This document shows positions 51,718 to 62,056 of a stretch of 64,000 nucleotides of DNA, piece after piece (the stretch's first letter is position 1; every line of letters begins with the position of its first letter). The position numbers and the translations under genes were made by a program. The DNA comes from an uncultured Verrucomicrobiae bacterium. Its GTDB lineage: Bacteria > Verrucomicrobiota > Verrucomicrobiia > Chthoniobacterales > UBA10450. Location: NCBI GenBank assembly GCA_963735805.1, contig CAVTMK010000002.1, forward strand, positions 1,408,001 to 1,472,000, given 5' to 3'. Below the pieces are notes generated by a model. The model was given only the letters and a program-made list of their open reading frames with translations. It ran no database searches and was not told the DNA's origin.

Positions 51718-52461
51718 ATGAGACTTGAAGGTAGCGTTGCCATTGTTACCGGCGCAGGGCGGGGGATTGGAGAAGCAATCGCTTTGCGACTGGCTCATGA
51801 GGGAGCGCGAGTCGCGTGTGTGAGTCGTACAGAAGCAAACGCTAAAAAGGTCGCCGATGAAATTAACGCAATTCGCGCGGATGCAGCGAAAGCCTATGCG
51901 GTGGATGTCGCGGATCACGCGGCCGTGCAAAAAAGCGGCGCGCAAATTCTCGGCGATTTTAGCAGGGTAGACATTTTGGTTAACAACGCTGGTGTTACCC
52001 GAGATGTGCTTGCTATGCGAATGTCGCTTGAGGATTGGGATTCAGTCGTTAACACAAATTTGCGGGGTGCGTTCAGTTTTACGCACGCGATTATTCGCGC
52101 CATGGTTAAACAACGTGGGGGCCGCATCATCAACATCAGTTCGGTGATCGGCTTGATGGGCAACGCAGGGCAGACAAATTACGCAGCCAGCAAAGCAGGC
52201 TTGATCGGTTTTACCAAGGCACTTGCCCGCGAATTGGCGAGCCGCAACATAACGGTAAATGCTGTCGCGCCGGGATTCATCACGACAGACATGACCTCCG
52301 GCCTTTCCGAGGAAATCAAGAATTCCATTCACTCAAAGATTCCGCTTGGCAAAACGGGTACGCCTGAAGACATCGCCAATGCAGTGGCGTTCCTCGCGTC
52401 TGCTGAAGCAAGTTATATCACCGGCCAGGTTTTGTGCGTAGATGGCGGAATTGTGATGTGA
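51718..52461 (+). CDS. fabG: 3-oxoacyl-ACP reductase
   Basis: TGAGRGIG, NNAGVTRD, GNAGQTNYAASK, VAPGFI.TDM. Confidence 0.93.
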   Translation: MRLEGSVAIVTGAGRGIGEAIALRLAHEGARVACVSRTEANAKKVADEINAIRADAAKAYAVDVADHAAVQKSGAQILGDFSRVDILVNNAGVTRDVLAMRMSLEDWDSVVNTNLRGAFSFTHAIIRAMVKQRGGRIINISSVIGLMGNAGQTNYAASKAGLIGFTKALARELASRNITVNAVAPGFITTDMTSGLSEEIKNSIHSKIPLGKTGTPEDIANAVAFLASAEASYITGQVLCVDGGIVM

Positions 52462-52473
52462 TGCACAGCTGCG

Positions 52474-52932
52474 CTACCTCGCAGCTTGCGCATCGCGCTG
52501 GATAATCGTGACGCGCCCCTCCGCGATAAGAGTATCGCCGGCTGAAATGCGACACTCGTAGACTGCGTTGGCCCCATCACCGAACAAGCGACTGGCACGA
52601 ACTTCGAGCGATGAATTGATGTCATCCAGACGAGTCGCGTGCAAACGCGCATCTCGAAGCGCGGCCAGATAACCGGGCGGCGCTGTCACACCAGCTGAAC
52701 GAGCCTGCAATCCGCCGTGGACTGCGGCCGCCTGCGCGCCGTATTCGAAAGCATGCACGGCAGATAGATGTCCGTCGCGACGTAAAGGATTAGTGGGTTC
52801 ACGGTGCGTGCGAGTCACGCATCGAATGGATCGATCATCCCATTGAGCCACCTCGTCCAACAAACACATCTCGCCGGAGTGAGGAATCAATTTGCGGATT
52901 TCTGCTTTGTTGATCGGAATCTCGTTACCCAT
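52474..52932 (-). CDS. Hotdog-fold dehydratase subunit (aryl-polyene ApeP-like)
   Basis: LIPHSGEMCLLD, EYGAQAAAVHG, PGYL. Confidence 0.8.
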   Translation of the reverse strand: MGNEIPINKAEIRKLIPHSGEMCLLDEVAQWDDRSIRCVTRTHREPTNPLRRDGHLSAVHAFEYGAQAAAVHGGLQARSAGVTAPPGYLAALRDARLHATRLDDINSSLEVRASRLFGDGANAVYECRISAGDTLIAEGRVTIIQRDAQAAR

Positions 52933-53034
52933 TAGGAAAACAGTGATTCGTTACAATGTTACGGCCGTCGGAAAACTCTCATGATTCCTGACTGGTAATT
53001 CATGTTTCGATCTGGCGATCTCACTGTGTACAAT

Positions 53035-53970
53035 TTAACGCGACGAAGCCTGGTTCCAAAACGGATAAAAGTTGAACCAGTTATAAGGGGCTGTGCGCGC
53101 GTAATGCTCCAACCGTTCCGCATAGCGTTGCATCCAGAGCTGAATCTGCTCAGCGCGATGATCTCGATCCAAAGTAATCTCGTCGGCAAAATGTTCGAAG
53201 TGAATTTCGTAACGGTTCCCACCGCGGTGGAGACCAAAAAACAAGATAACCGGACAATGCGTCATGGCGGCAAGCACGATTGGACCAACCGGGAACGCGG
53301 CTGGCTTACCAAGGAATTGGCATTTGGTTGTCTTATCGCCGCTCGATACTCGGTCGCCTAACGTTCCGACGAAGTACCCCGCATCCAAACTTTCTTTAAC
53401 TGTGAGCAATGTTTCCGCCCTGTCGGGCGCAATTACCGTGCTGGCAATCACCGGGTTCAGCGCATCAAGGAAGCGGGTGATGTTTTGGTTGTGCGTCGGA
53501 TCCATTAAAACCTTGACCGGAAAGTTTCGTTGCATCACACCCAGAGCTCTCAACACTTCGAAGCTGCCCAAATGTGAGCCCAGGAGAATGCATCCTTTTC
53601 CGCTTTCCATTCGGCGATGCGGGATTTCCTTGCCATTCAGCCGCACGTCAAAGCGCTGAAACTCCCCACGCAAGAGGTAAAGGCGATCCAGAATTGTTGC
53701 CGCGAAGCAATGAAAATGGCGAACGACGTGCCACCAGTGCGCCGGGTGACCATGGATTTGCTTCAGGTATTCATACGAGGTTCGGCGGGCCGCGCCTGCG
53801 GTAATTACAAAATACAGTGTGACCGGATAGAGCAGCAGTCTCGCCGCCCATCGCCCGATGTGCGTCGCGATCCACGCCAGTAACCGCAGCGAAGTAGGCG
53901 TCCCGCGCTCTGGCAAGGCCGTCCAATGTTCCGCCGCGGAGGTTTTGGTCTCCAGGAGTTCCAAGATCAT
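53035..53970 (-). CDS. LpxL-like acyltransferase (aryl-polyene/xanthomonadin-cluster type)
   Basis: W...PERG, FAATILDR, GSHLGSFE, LGDR, APYNWFNFY. Confidence 0.85.
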   Translation of the reverse strand: MILELLETKTSAAEHWTALPERGTPTSLRLLAWIATHIGRWAARLLLYPVTLYFVITAGAARRTSYEYLKQIHGHPAHWWHVVRHFHCFAATILDRLYLLRGEFQRFDVRLNGKEIPHRRMESGKGCILLGSHLGSFEVLRALGVMQRNFPVKVLMDPTHNQNITRFLDALNPVIASTVIAPDRAETLLTVKESLDAGYFVGTLGDRVSSGDKTTKCQFLGKPAAFPVGPIVLAAMTHCPVILFFGLHRGGNRYEIHFEHFADEITLDRDHRAEQIQLWMQRYAERLEHYARTAPYNWFNFYPFWNQASSR

Positions 53971-55184
53971 TAGTTCGGGATGACGTTCTGTCCGCAAATG
54001 GCGCCGGTAAAGAAGTGCGGATAGATTTCGCGAATGCGATCAATGTCCGGCACGACTCCGGGCCGCTGAAAGCCTGCGCGAGTAAACGCGCGTCGCCACT
54101 GTTCTGCAGTCAAGAAACCTGGGTTCGGTCGAATCTCAGGATCGATCTGGACATTGGTAAAACTCTCCAGGATCTGAAACATCAGCTCGGGATAAATCGG
54201 CTGATTAGGATACGGCCGCAGGCATTCACCGATTACGAGCCAGCCATCGTGGGCCAGAGCCGAGCGTGCTTCCTTCAAGCTAAATAGGAGATCGTTGGAG
54301 ATATGCATTACATTAACGGCATATACCAGATCGAATTCACCCGCGCCGATGCCTTGGTTGCTCCAGGGCAAATCGAGATTGAGCGCGGCCCATTCGAGCG
54401 GAAGGTCAGGGTATTGTTTTGCGAGTTTTCGCTGGCTGCATCGCGTAAAGAACGCGTTCGGCTCCGTGACGAGGTAACGTTCAATCCGTGGCAAAATTCC
54501 GCGTTCGTCAAACAAGCGTAGCAAGATTTCGCTGGCGCTGCCAGGGCCGGCCCCAACTTCTAAAATCCGAAGTGTGCGTTGACTGGAGACGCACTCGGCG
54601 GCCAGTGCCGCGCCAATCCAATTATTCACGGCATAGGTTGAATTGTCGTTGTGAAAATAATTCAGCCATAGCGGTACGCCTTGGGGACTGAGCAAATTGC
54701 GGTCAGCGCTTTGTTCGCCCTTAGCGACCGCCGGATAGAGACTCGCGGCGTGATCCAGTAAATCCAGGGTGGCCGCGTTTGCGGGATCGATTTGCAGACC
54801 TGCGGCGCGCAGGTTTTCGAGATTGGGCAACTTGGGTGTGTGTCGCAGAAGGTATATGCGAGTGTCCCCCTCGGTCCGTGCCTCGACACAATCGATTTCG
54901 ACCAGGCGCTCAAGGATCCAATGTAAGGCGAACTTGAAGGAGCGCTGAAAGGAAAGGAGGCGACCCAAGTCATCGACCGACCGCCAGTGGCTGAGGTGAT
55001 CGATCACCTTCAACCGGCGCGCGAGATCGATAGCCATCTCGACGCTGTAAAGTTCCAAAAGTTCCATACTTTCATAAAGTCGTTCACTGAACACAGGCGG
55101 TGGATATTTCTTCAGATATTCAGCCAGGCGTGGATCGCTTGGCTGTACCTTAAACGTTTGCGCGTCTGAGAGTGGCGCGTTCAC
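53970..55184 (-). CDS. Class I SAM-dependent methyltransferase (PKS C-MT-like)
   Basis: RILEVGAGPG, FDLVYAVNVMH, GWLVIGE; GTG start overlaps upstream TGA. Confidence 0.85.
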   Translation of the reverse strand: MNAPLSDAQTFKVQPSDPRLAEYLKKYPPPVFSERLYESMELLELYSVEMAIDLARRLKVIDHLSHWRSVDDLGRLLSFQRSFKFALHWILERLVEIDCVEARTEGDTRIYLLRHTPKLPNLENLRAAGLQIDPANAATLDLLDHAASLYPAVAKGEQSADRNLLSPQGVPLWLNYFHNDNSTYAVNNWIGAALAAECVSSQRTLRILEVGAGPGSASEILLRLFDERGILPRIERYLVTEPNAFFTRCSQRKLAKQYPDLPLEWAALNLDLPWSNQGIGAGEFDLVYAVNVMHISNDLLFSLKEARSALAHDGWLVIGECLRPYPNQPIYPELMFQILESFTNVQIDPEIRPNPGFLTAEQWRRAFTRAGFQRPGVVPDIDRIREIYPHFFTGAICGQNVIPN

Positions 55185-55501
55185 GAAGTCACCCTGGTCT
55201 TGCAATAAACTTCAAGTTGGCCTTCAACTATTACGCGGTCTTCGATGCGGCAGCAAAAATTGACTTGGCTTGCGTCATCATTGCTGGAGGACAAGCAGAT
55301 CGTGAAGGGTTGCTCGGGCTTGAGTGGTTGCAGAAACTTGACCGTCCGAATCGCGGTAAGCCGGCAGTCTTTGTTCCAGCCATGCAATGCCGCGAGAACT
55401 TCGTCGAGGATCAAAACGCCCGGCACTAGAGGCGCCTCTGGAAAATGTCCTGGCAAGCTGGGATGATCGGCTGTAACCGCGCGACGCACTTCAAAGGTCA
55501 T
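55181..55501 (-). CDS. FabA/Z-like hotdog dehydratase (ApeI-like)
   Basis: DHPSLPGHFPEAPLVPGVLIL, VKFLQPLKP. Confidence 0.85.
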   Translation of the reverse strand: MTFEVRRAVTADHPSLPGHFPEAPLVPGVLILDEVLAALHGWNKDCRLTAIRTVKFLQPLKPEQPFTICLSSSNDDASQVNFCCRIEDRVIVEGQLEVYCKTRVTS

Positions 55502-55575
55502 TTCAGCGAAGTCTTCCTCAGGCCGGCAACTCCAGCAACCCCGCCCATTCTTACAGGAGCTCGCCGTCGTCGTAA

Positions 55576-56904
55576 TTAAATGTGCTGATGCTTGGCAACG
55601 GACGGTGAGTTGTCGATGCTGCCCCTGACCAACTTTTCCGCCCCGGCGTCAGATGTACGCTTCGTACGCGCAGGTAAACCAAATCGATCGCAATAGCCTG
55701 CGAATCGAACGGCACTGTCCTCTTCCTGCACACCAAACTGTGAAAGGTCATATCGATGAAGACCATTTCGTTCCTGCAACTCGTTTGCCAGCGCGTGGTG
55801 CATCCGTTGTTCTACTTTTTTCGACAATAACCAACCGAAGTGCGCATAAATACGTCGCACCGCAGCGAGAGGATCGCGACGAATTTCTGCATAATTTACA
55901 TCGCAAATTCGACGCTCCGGCAATTGATCCCGTTCCTGCAGAAATCTATCCAGTGTTTTCGACCAGTAATCGATCGCCTCGCGGCAAACGGTGAGTGGCT
56001 CGACCGCATCGCTAAACACACGCCGAAGAATGGTTATCAGACTGGATACCGAGGCCATGGCATCGAGTGGCGCGCGATGGGTCTGAACGAAAATTGCATC
56101 AGGGTAAACAGCAAGAAGAGTCGGCAAGGCAAACATGTGCGTTGGGGCCTTGAGCACCCAACGCCCGGCGCTCCGCCGCACTTGCAAATGCTGAAGGAAG
56201 TGGCGGTGATATTCGTACATCGGTCGTAAATCCTGGCGAAAGAACCAGGCTCGGTACGAAGGCACATAATACATCGCATCAAACTGGTCACTCATAAAGG
56301 TTGGCGCCATGAGACCGACACATTCTTGCGGAAGCTCTGCACCGACAGGGTGCACGTGGCGAAACGTGGGCGCGAGCCAATTGAAGCAATTACAACTGGT
56401 AATTGCTTGTTGAATTCGTCGTTTCTCGTTATCTCCAGAAGGAGGGGATGGCGTCATGACTTCCCAGGTCAGGGGAACCCGGTGCCCGGGATCCAAGGCG
56501 AGCAAGGTGTGCAACAAAGTCGTGCCGCTGCGTGGCAAACCAACGATGAAGAGCGGTTCGCGAATCTCCTGCCGCACAATGGTTGCATACGCCCGTCGAT
56601 CGCGTTGCATGGACAGACGTGAACACAAAATGCGGACGAGATCGGCCCGAATGACAATTCTTCCAATCAAATTGAGTCGGGACTCGCGCTGGCACGAATC
56701 GAGCAACCGTGACAGACCTTCGAAAAAGTCGCCCTCTCCAAAATCATCCAGGCCGCAACGCCGCTTGGCCGTCTCGATCAAATCAGCTGCCCTAAGAGAT
56801 GTGCGGGGAATCCGTGTTTTGTCTAATAAGGCGCCGCAGCCATTGAGAAGCCGGACGGGAAAGGTTGGACGAGCCTGATCGAGAGTCGTGACGGAGGAAT
56901 TCAT
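55576..56904 (-). CDS. Sulfotransferase family protein
   Basis: PAPS-binding GLPRSGTTLLH, PQEC, WVLKAPTH. Confidence 0.88.
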   Translation of the reverse strand: MNSSVTTLDQARPTFPVRLLNGCGALLDKTRIPRTSLRAADLIETAKRRCGLDDFGEGDFFEGLSRLLDSCQRESRLNLIGRIVIRADLVRILCSRLSMQRDRRAYATIVRQEIREPLFIVGLPRSGTTLLHTLLALDPGHRVPLTWEVMTPSPPSGDNEKRRIQQAITSCNCFNWLAPTFRHVHPVGAELPQECVGLMAPTFMSDQFDAMYYVPSYRAWFFRQDLRPMYEYHRHFLQHLQVRRSAGRWVLKAPTHMFALPTLLAVYPDAIFVQTHRAPLDAMASVSSLITILRRVFSDAVEPLTVCREAIDYWSKTLDRFLQERDQLPERRICDVNYAEIRRDPLAAVRRIYAHFGWLLSKKVEQRMHHALANELQERNGLHRYDLSQFGVQEEDSAVRFAGYCDRFGLPARTKRTSDAGAEKLVRGSIDNSPSVAKHQHI

Positions 56905-57053
56905 TCAATAAAAGATTGCCCGCTGTTCTGCCAGATTCGGCAACCGTTGGCTACAAAGACTTTAGGCCAATATGAACATCATGAAGAGATCCAGGCAATA
57001 TCAACATTCCCGGACGGTTGCACTCTTCTCACAATCATTCCATTTTTCTTGTA

Positions 57054-57530
57054 ATGAAAACAGAGAAAGCAACGTTTGGCGCAGGCTGTTTTTGGGGTGT
57101 CGAAGAAACTTTCCGTAATTTGAAAGGCGTTGTGTCCACTGCGGTCGGCTACGCTGGCGGAACAAAAGAGAATCCGACATACGAAGATGTCTGCACTGAC
57201 AAAAGCGGGCACGCCGAGGTTGTGGAAGTGGAATTCGATCCATCGCAAATCAAGTATGATGAACTTTTGGACGTTTTCTGGTCTAACCACAATCCTACAA
57301 CGATGAACCGCCAGGGACCGGACGTAGGAACGCAATATCGTTCAGTGATTTTTTATCATTCGCCCGAGCAAAAATCGGCCGCGGAAGCATCCAGGGGAAA
57401 GATCGATATGAGCGGGCGTTTCCGCCAGCCTGTGGCAACGCAAATTGAACCGGCGCCGAATTTTTGGCGGGCGGAAGAATATCATCAGCGTTATCTGCAA
57501 AAGCGCGGGAAGTCACATTGCGCAATCTGA
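57054..57530 (+). CDS. msrA: Peptide methionine sulfoxide reductase A
   Basis: [27 protein letters not shown]. Confidence 0.96.
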   Translation: MKTEKATFGAGCFWGVEETFRNLKGVVSTAVGYAGGTKENPTYEDVCTDKSGHAEVVEVEFDPSQIKYDELLDVFWSNHNPTTMNRQGPDVGTQYRSVIFYHSPEQKSAAEASRGKIDMSGRFRQPVATQIEPAPNFWRAEEYHQRYLQKRGKSHCAI

Positions 57531-57544
57531 CTTTTTAAGCGCGA

Positions 57545-58237
57545 ATGAATCGCCAGGTAATTCGAAGCAGGAATTTCGCTGTAGACGCAGCAGGCTTCAT
57601 TCTTGATCGGGCGCACAAAGCCCTTGCCGAACGCAACGAATTCCGGATTGCGCTTTCGGGCGGGAACACACCCGTACCGATTTACAGGCGACTCGCCGTA
57701 ATCGGGCGTGATCTGCCATGGGACTTGGCGCGAATTACATTTGGCGACGAGCGTTGCGTTCCTCCGGATGATCGTCAGAGCAACTTCAGAATGGCTAAGG
57801 AAACTCTTCTGACGCCTGCAGCAGTTCCTGAAAAATCAATCCTGCGCATGCGCGGTGAAATCGATCCACAAATCGCTGCCCAGGAATACCAGGATCAACT
57901 CGACCTTATGGCCACACAGCAAGGCGAGCCGATTTACCGGCATGATCTGATTCTTCTGGGTCTTGGGGAAGATGGACACACCGCGTCGCTTTTTCCTGGA
58001 ACTGTCGCTTTGGATGAAACAATCAGGCGAGTCGATGCAAACTTTGTGCCAAAGTTAGATGCCTGGCGATTGACATTCACGTTCCCCTTGATCAATCACG
58101 CGCGGCATGTCTGTTTCCTGGTTGGCGCGAAGAAAAACGCCGATTTGATCGAGCGCGTCCTGGAAGGTGATCCGCAATTTCCAGCCTCAAGAGTACATCC
58201 ATTCGCTGGAGATACCACATGGATTATCGGAGAATGA
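57545..58237 (+). CDS. pgl: 6-phosphogluconolactonase
   Basis: IALSGGNTP, GDERCVP, LGLGEDGHTASLFP. Confidence 0.94.
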   Translation: MNRQVIRSRNFAVDAAGFILDRAHKALAERNEFRIALSGGNTPVPIYRRLAVIGRDLPWDLARITFGDERCVPPDDRQSNFRMAKETLLTPAAVPEKSILRMRGEIDPQIAAQEYQDQLDLMATQQGEPIYRHDLILLGLGEDGHTASLFPGTVALDETIRRVDANFVPKLDAWRLTFTFPLINHARHVCFLVGAKKNADLIERVLEGDPQFPASRVHPFAGDTTWIIGE

Positions 58238-58307
58238 TTTTCGAGAGCCCGTAATTCGAGAGGCGAGATTCGCGAATCGATTCACGATTCGACGACGTGA
58301 CGCTTTC

Positions 58308-58721
58308 TCAGTACTCTTCGCCCTCGTCTTCTCTCGGTGGCGCCACGCGATCATCCACCGCGTACGCATGAAGCATTACCGCGAGAAGGTAAAAGAAAAA
58401 GAGGCCGAGTCCCCAGCCGGCAGACGCGAACGCCGCCAGCAGCACAAAGATCCCGACTGGGATTGCACCAAACATCCAAAGGAAGCCTGCAAGCTTGTGT
58501 CCTTTGTAAATATGTCCCAAACCGGGAATGATACTGAAGATAACGGCAATGGCGTCGCTTGCTTTGCCCTCTGCCGTTTCAGCCGCGCCACGTGTCCAAT
58601 CACATCGGTCGCAGCTTTGGGCATCCTTTGGCAGGAGGTGTCCACAGTAGGGACAGGGCATCTTATCGCCCGTGGTCGGTTGAGACTGTGTGGCCGGTGC
58701 GTCTGTGTAATCTACACTCAT
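58308..58721 (-). CDS. Zinc-ribbon membrane protein
   Basis: CPYC...CDRC; SIIPGLGHIYKG followed by TM helices. Confidence 0.75.
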   Translation of the reverse strand: MSVDYTDAPATQSQPTTGDKMPCPYCGHLLPKDAQSCDRCDWTRGAAETAEGKASDAIAVIFSIIPGLGHIYKGHKLAGFLWMFGAIPVGIFVLLAAFASAGWGLGLFFFYLLAVMLHAYAVDDRVAPPREDEGEEY

Positions 58722-58815
58722 TTCAATCCCTCAAGGTTCACAAGACAGTCTGAATTCGTCAAGCAAACTTGCAGTTGGCCGCGACAGCGCGCTTCGGTAA
58801 AATCCTGTCAAAGGA

Positions 58816-59733
58816 TTGAAAGCGGCGCTTCTTCTTTTCCTCGGATTTTCCACGCAAGCTTTAGGGGCGGGGCTCAATTCCTATGCCGATCTGATTGCAA
58901 AGGACTCCGGCGCAAAGCCACGCGAGAGAGTGCGCGTGACCTACCTCGGGACGAATGGTTACCAGTTCGAATTCCAAGGGCACGCACTACTGGTTGATCC
59001 TTATTTTTCGCGCGTGAATCTTCCAAGTGTCGCACTTGGTTCGCGTCTTCAGCCGGACATGCCTCGCATTGCAGAGGGCCTCCGACATCTCGCGCCCAGG
59101 ACGGATGCGGTACTGGTTACGCATGGGCACTTCGACCATCTGCTTGACGTTCCGATTGTAATGGCGAAAACCCGGGCGCGGCTTATTGCTTCCGCCTCTG
59201 CCGTCGATCTCGCGAAACGCGCGGGCGCTTCATCCGGCGATGTGGTAACCGCCGGAGAGATTCGGCGTATTGGTCCATGGAAGATTCACGTGTTGCCTGC
59301 TACGCATGATCGGTTTTTTGGAAAAGTGCCTTTTGATCAGCGTGAACTGCCCGGTTCTGGTCCACCGCAGCATCCAGCCGATTGGATTTGTGGTGAGCCG
59401 CTGGCGTTTCTGGTCGAAGCCGGTGGCCAGCGTATTTATATCGATTCCGGGGGAACACTTGCGCAATTGCCACCCCAGGAAGGCGTTGACCTTGCAATTT
59501 TGGGTATGGCGCTGCCAGATTCACGCGCACGTCTGCCCGACGCACTCAAACGTTTACAGCCGCGCTATATTTTGCCGAGTCATCAAGATAATTTCTTTTT
59601 GTCGTTGGACGCTGGGTTTCAATTCGGACCGCTTACGGATTTCCCGCGGGTGCGCCGCGACTGCGAACGAGCAAATCGCGGCCGCCTAATTCTGCTCGAT
59701 TATTTTCAACCATGGACGCTGCCCAAAAAGTGA
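58816..59733 (+). CDS. MBL-fold metallo-hydrolase
   Basis: LVDPYFSR, THGHFDHLLD, PSHQDNF. Confidence 0.88.
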   Translation: MKAALLLFLGFSTQALGAGLNSYADLIAKDSGAKPRERVRVTYLGTNGYQFEFQGHALLVDPYFSRVNLPSVALGSRLQPDMPRIAEGLRHLAPRTDAVLVTHGHFDHLLDVPIVMAKTRARLIASASAVDLAKRAGASSGDVVTAGEIRRIGPWKIHVLPATHDRFFGKVPFDQRELPGSGPPQHPADWICGEPLAFLVEAGGQRIYIDSGGTLAQLPPQEGVDLAILGMALPDSRARLPDALKRLQPRYILPSHQDNFFLSLDAGFQFGPLTDFPRVRRDCERANRGRLILLDYFQPWTLPKK

Positions 59734-61271
59734 CTTCGTCGCGCGAACGTTACGGTCTGTTACTGACCGCGCTCGCTCCATTGGTTCCGCAAATCCTCGG
59801 AAGTGCGTTCAACATTTGGTACAACACAACTGTTATTGAGCCCTTGCTTGTTTCGCCTGGCTTGAAGCAGCGTTTCTTCGAGACGGTCATCGTTTACAAC
59901 GTTGTAGCTTATCCGATCGGCATTTTCCTGTGGGTCAGACGCATCTTCTCGTTTCGGGGACTATTCCGTCGACTTGCCGAAGGATCATCCATCGATTCTG
60001 CGTCACTTGTAAGAGCGCGCCGCCGTCTGATTCATCTGCCATGGTTTGCGGCAGTGATTTGCGGTGTCGCCTGGTTTTTGTGCATTCCTGTTTTTATTGG
60101 TGCGCTCCTACAGGTTCAAAATCCACTGGATCCGCGATTGCTCGTGCATTTGCCGATTTCATTTTGCGTTTCCGGGTTTATTGCAGTCACGCATTCATTC
60201 TTCCTGGTCGAACTGGCGAGTCACTGGGGATTGTTTCCTGTTTTCTTCCGGGGTGAGCGTGCCGACCTTACGCCGAATGTCTTTACACTTTCGCTGCGCG
60301 GTCGCGGAATCTTGTGGGCTGTATCCGCGTCGGTCTGTCCCATAGCTTCGCTTTTGTTGCTGATGCTTGCGCCGCGGTCGCCGACGATTAATGCGGAATG
60401 GTTTGCTGTTTTCGTGGGCGTAGTCGGTATCGCATTCGGAATTTTCACAGCACTGATGATGAGCTGGCTGGTTGCGAAACCGATCGATCAATTGCGCATT
60501 GCTGCCGACGCCGTCTCGCGTGGAAAGTTCGATGTCGATCTCGGCGTGACCCGGGCGGATGAATTTGGGCGGTTACTTGGGGAATTCGAGCAGATGGTCC
60601 GTGAGCTTAGAGACAAGGAGAAATTAAGGCAGACCTTTGGCTTGCACGTCGGCAAGCGGGCAGCCGATCAAATACTGGCGCGCGATCCGGGACTCAGTGG
60701 CGTTCAAGAAGAGGTCACCATCATGTTTGTGGATATGCGCTCGTGGACAGCACGGACGAGCGTGTCGGCTCCGGCTGACATTGTGGAGGTGATGAATGAT
60801 TTTTTCCGGGTGACAGTCCGCGTCGTCGAGGAAGAACATTGCGGGATGGTTAACAAATATTTGGGTGACGGATTCATGGCGATTTTCGGCGCCGGCGACT
60901 CGGCCTCCAATCACGCCGGCGATGCAGTTGCTGCTGGCCGAGAAATCCTGGCCGCGGTAAAAGAGCTCAACACCGACCTTGTGGTAAAAGGTCACGCACC
61001 GATCCAAATCGGGATCGGAATCCATTCAGGGCCGGCGATCATAGGCAGCATCGGTTCGCCGCAAAGACTCGAGTTCACTGCCATTGGAAATACGGTGAAT
61101 ATTGCTTCACGTATGCAAGGGCTGACGAAGGTGGTGGGAAGACCGCTGCTTGTGACGGCAGCGGTGCGAAACAGCTCAGGTGACTTGTCCAGCTTCGAGG
61201 AACTGCCACCACAGGAAGTCCGTGGAATCGATGGGCGACTGTCGATCTTCACTGTGAGATACGAAACATAA
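59712..61271 (+). CDS. Membrane class III adenylate cyclase with HAMP domain
   Basis: TM region, RADEFG, MFVDMR, NKYLGDG, FTAIGNTVNIASR. Confidence 0.9.
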   Translation: MDAAQKVTSSRERYGLLLTALAPLVPQILGSAFNIWYNTTVIEPLLVSPGLKQRFFETVIVYNVVAYPIGIFLWVRRIFSFRGLFRRLAEGSSIDSASLVRARRRLIHLPWFAAVICGVAWFLCIPVFIGALLQVQNPLDPRLLVHLPISFCVSGFIAVTHSFFLVELASHWGLFPVFFRGERADLTPNVFTLSLRGRGILWAVSASVCPIASLLLLMLAPRSPTINAEWFAVFVGVVGIAFGIFTALMMSWLVAKPIDQLRIAADAVSRGKFDVDLGVTRADEFGRLLGEFEQMVRELRDKEKLRQTFGLHVGKRAADQILARDPGLSGVQEEVTIMFVDMRSWTARTSVSAPADIVEVMNDFFRVTVRVVEEEHCGMVNKYLGDGFMAIFGAGDSASNHAGDAVAAGREILAAVKELNTDLVVKGHAPIQIGIGIHSGPAIIGSIGSPQRLEFTAIGNTVNIASRMQGLTKVVGRPLLVTAAVRNSSGDLSSFEELPPQEVRGIDGRLSIFTVRYET

Positions 61272-61274
61272 ATT

Positions 61275-62030
61275 ATGGCGTTGCTCTCTAAGATTGTTAA
61301 GTATACGAATGATTTTCTGCGCATTCGTGAAATAGACGATTGGGACAACGCGCTCAATGGTCTGCAGATCGAAAACTCGGGAGGCATTACTAAAATCGGA
61401 GCAGCTGTTGACGCTTCGACCCGGGTTTTGGAAGCCGCAGCAAAACAGAACGTCGATCTTGTGATCGTGCATCACGGTTTGTTTTGGCCGGGCCTGCAAC
61501 CGGTGACTGGCGTGTTGAGTCGGCAACTAAACCTGGCCTTTAAAAACAACATCGCGCTTTACAGCGCACATCTGCCGCTGGATTTACATCCCAGGGTTGG
61601 TAACAACGCCCAGCTCGCAGCGGCTCTCAGACTTGGATCGAATCAGCCGTTCTTTGAAGAAAAGGGTCAAAAGATTGGCCTAAAGGGGCGCGCTTCGATC
61701 CCGCGTGATGAACTCGATAGGAAATTGCAAAAAGCACTCGGCGGTCCTGTAAAAGTCTTCATGTTTGGTCCGAAAAAGACTGGAACAATCGGGATCATTA
61801 CCGGCGGCGCCGGTTCGGAGATCTATAAGGTTGCTCAAGAGGGGATCGACACATTTATCACAGGCGAAGCGCCACATTGGGCAGCGGTAGCTGCCGACGA
61901 ACTTGGAATGAATCTGCTGCTCGGTGGACATTATGCCACCGAGGTTTTCGGCGTAAAAGCGCTGGCGTTGCATTTGTCCAAAAAATTCAAAATTCCCTGG
62001 ACCTTCATCGATTTCCCAACGGGAATGTGA
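61275..62030 (+). CDS. Nif3/YbgI-like dinuclear metal-centre protein
   Basis: NGLQ, VHHGLFW, HLPLD.H..GNN, GHYATE. Confidence 0.92.
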   Translation: MALLSKIVKYTNDFLRIREIDDWDNALNGLQIENSGGITKIGAAVDASTRVLEAAAKQNVDLVIVHHGLFWPGLQPVTGVLSRQLNLAFKNNIALYSAHLPLDLHPRVGNNAQLAAALRLGSNQPFFEEKGQKIGLKGRASIPRDELDRKLQKALGGPVKVFMFGPKKTGTIGIITGGAGSEIYKVAQEGIDTFITGEAPHWAAVAADELGMNLLLGGHYATEVFGVKALALHLSKKFKIPWTFIDFPTGM

Positions 62031-62056
62031 GAGACGATCCGAGTGGCGAAGCCCGA

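Noticed and set aside
56958..56973. GACTTTAGGCCAATAT as a fourth copy of the 16-bp regulator motif
   Set aside because: Too many mismatches in the core and distant from the cluster
61275..62030. Nif3 protein as a third GTP cyclohydrolase
   Set aside because: The 'GTP cyclohydrolase 1 type 2' label for this family is disputed, and the gene is ~19 kb from the pterin cluster
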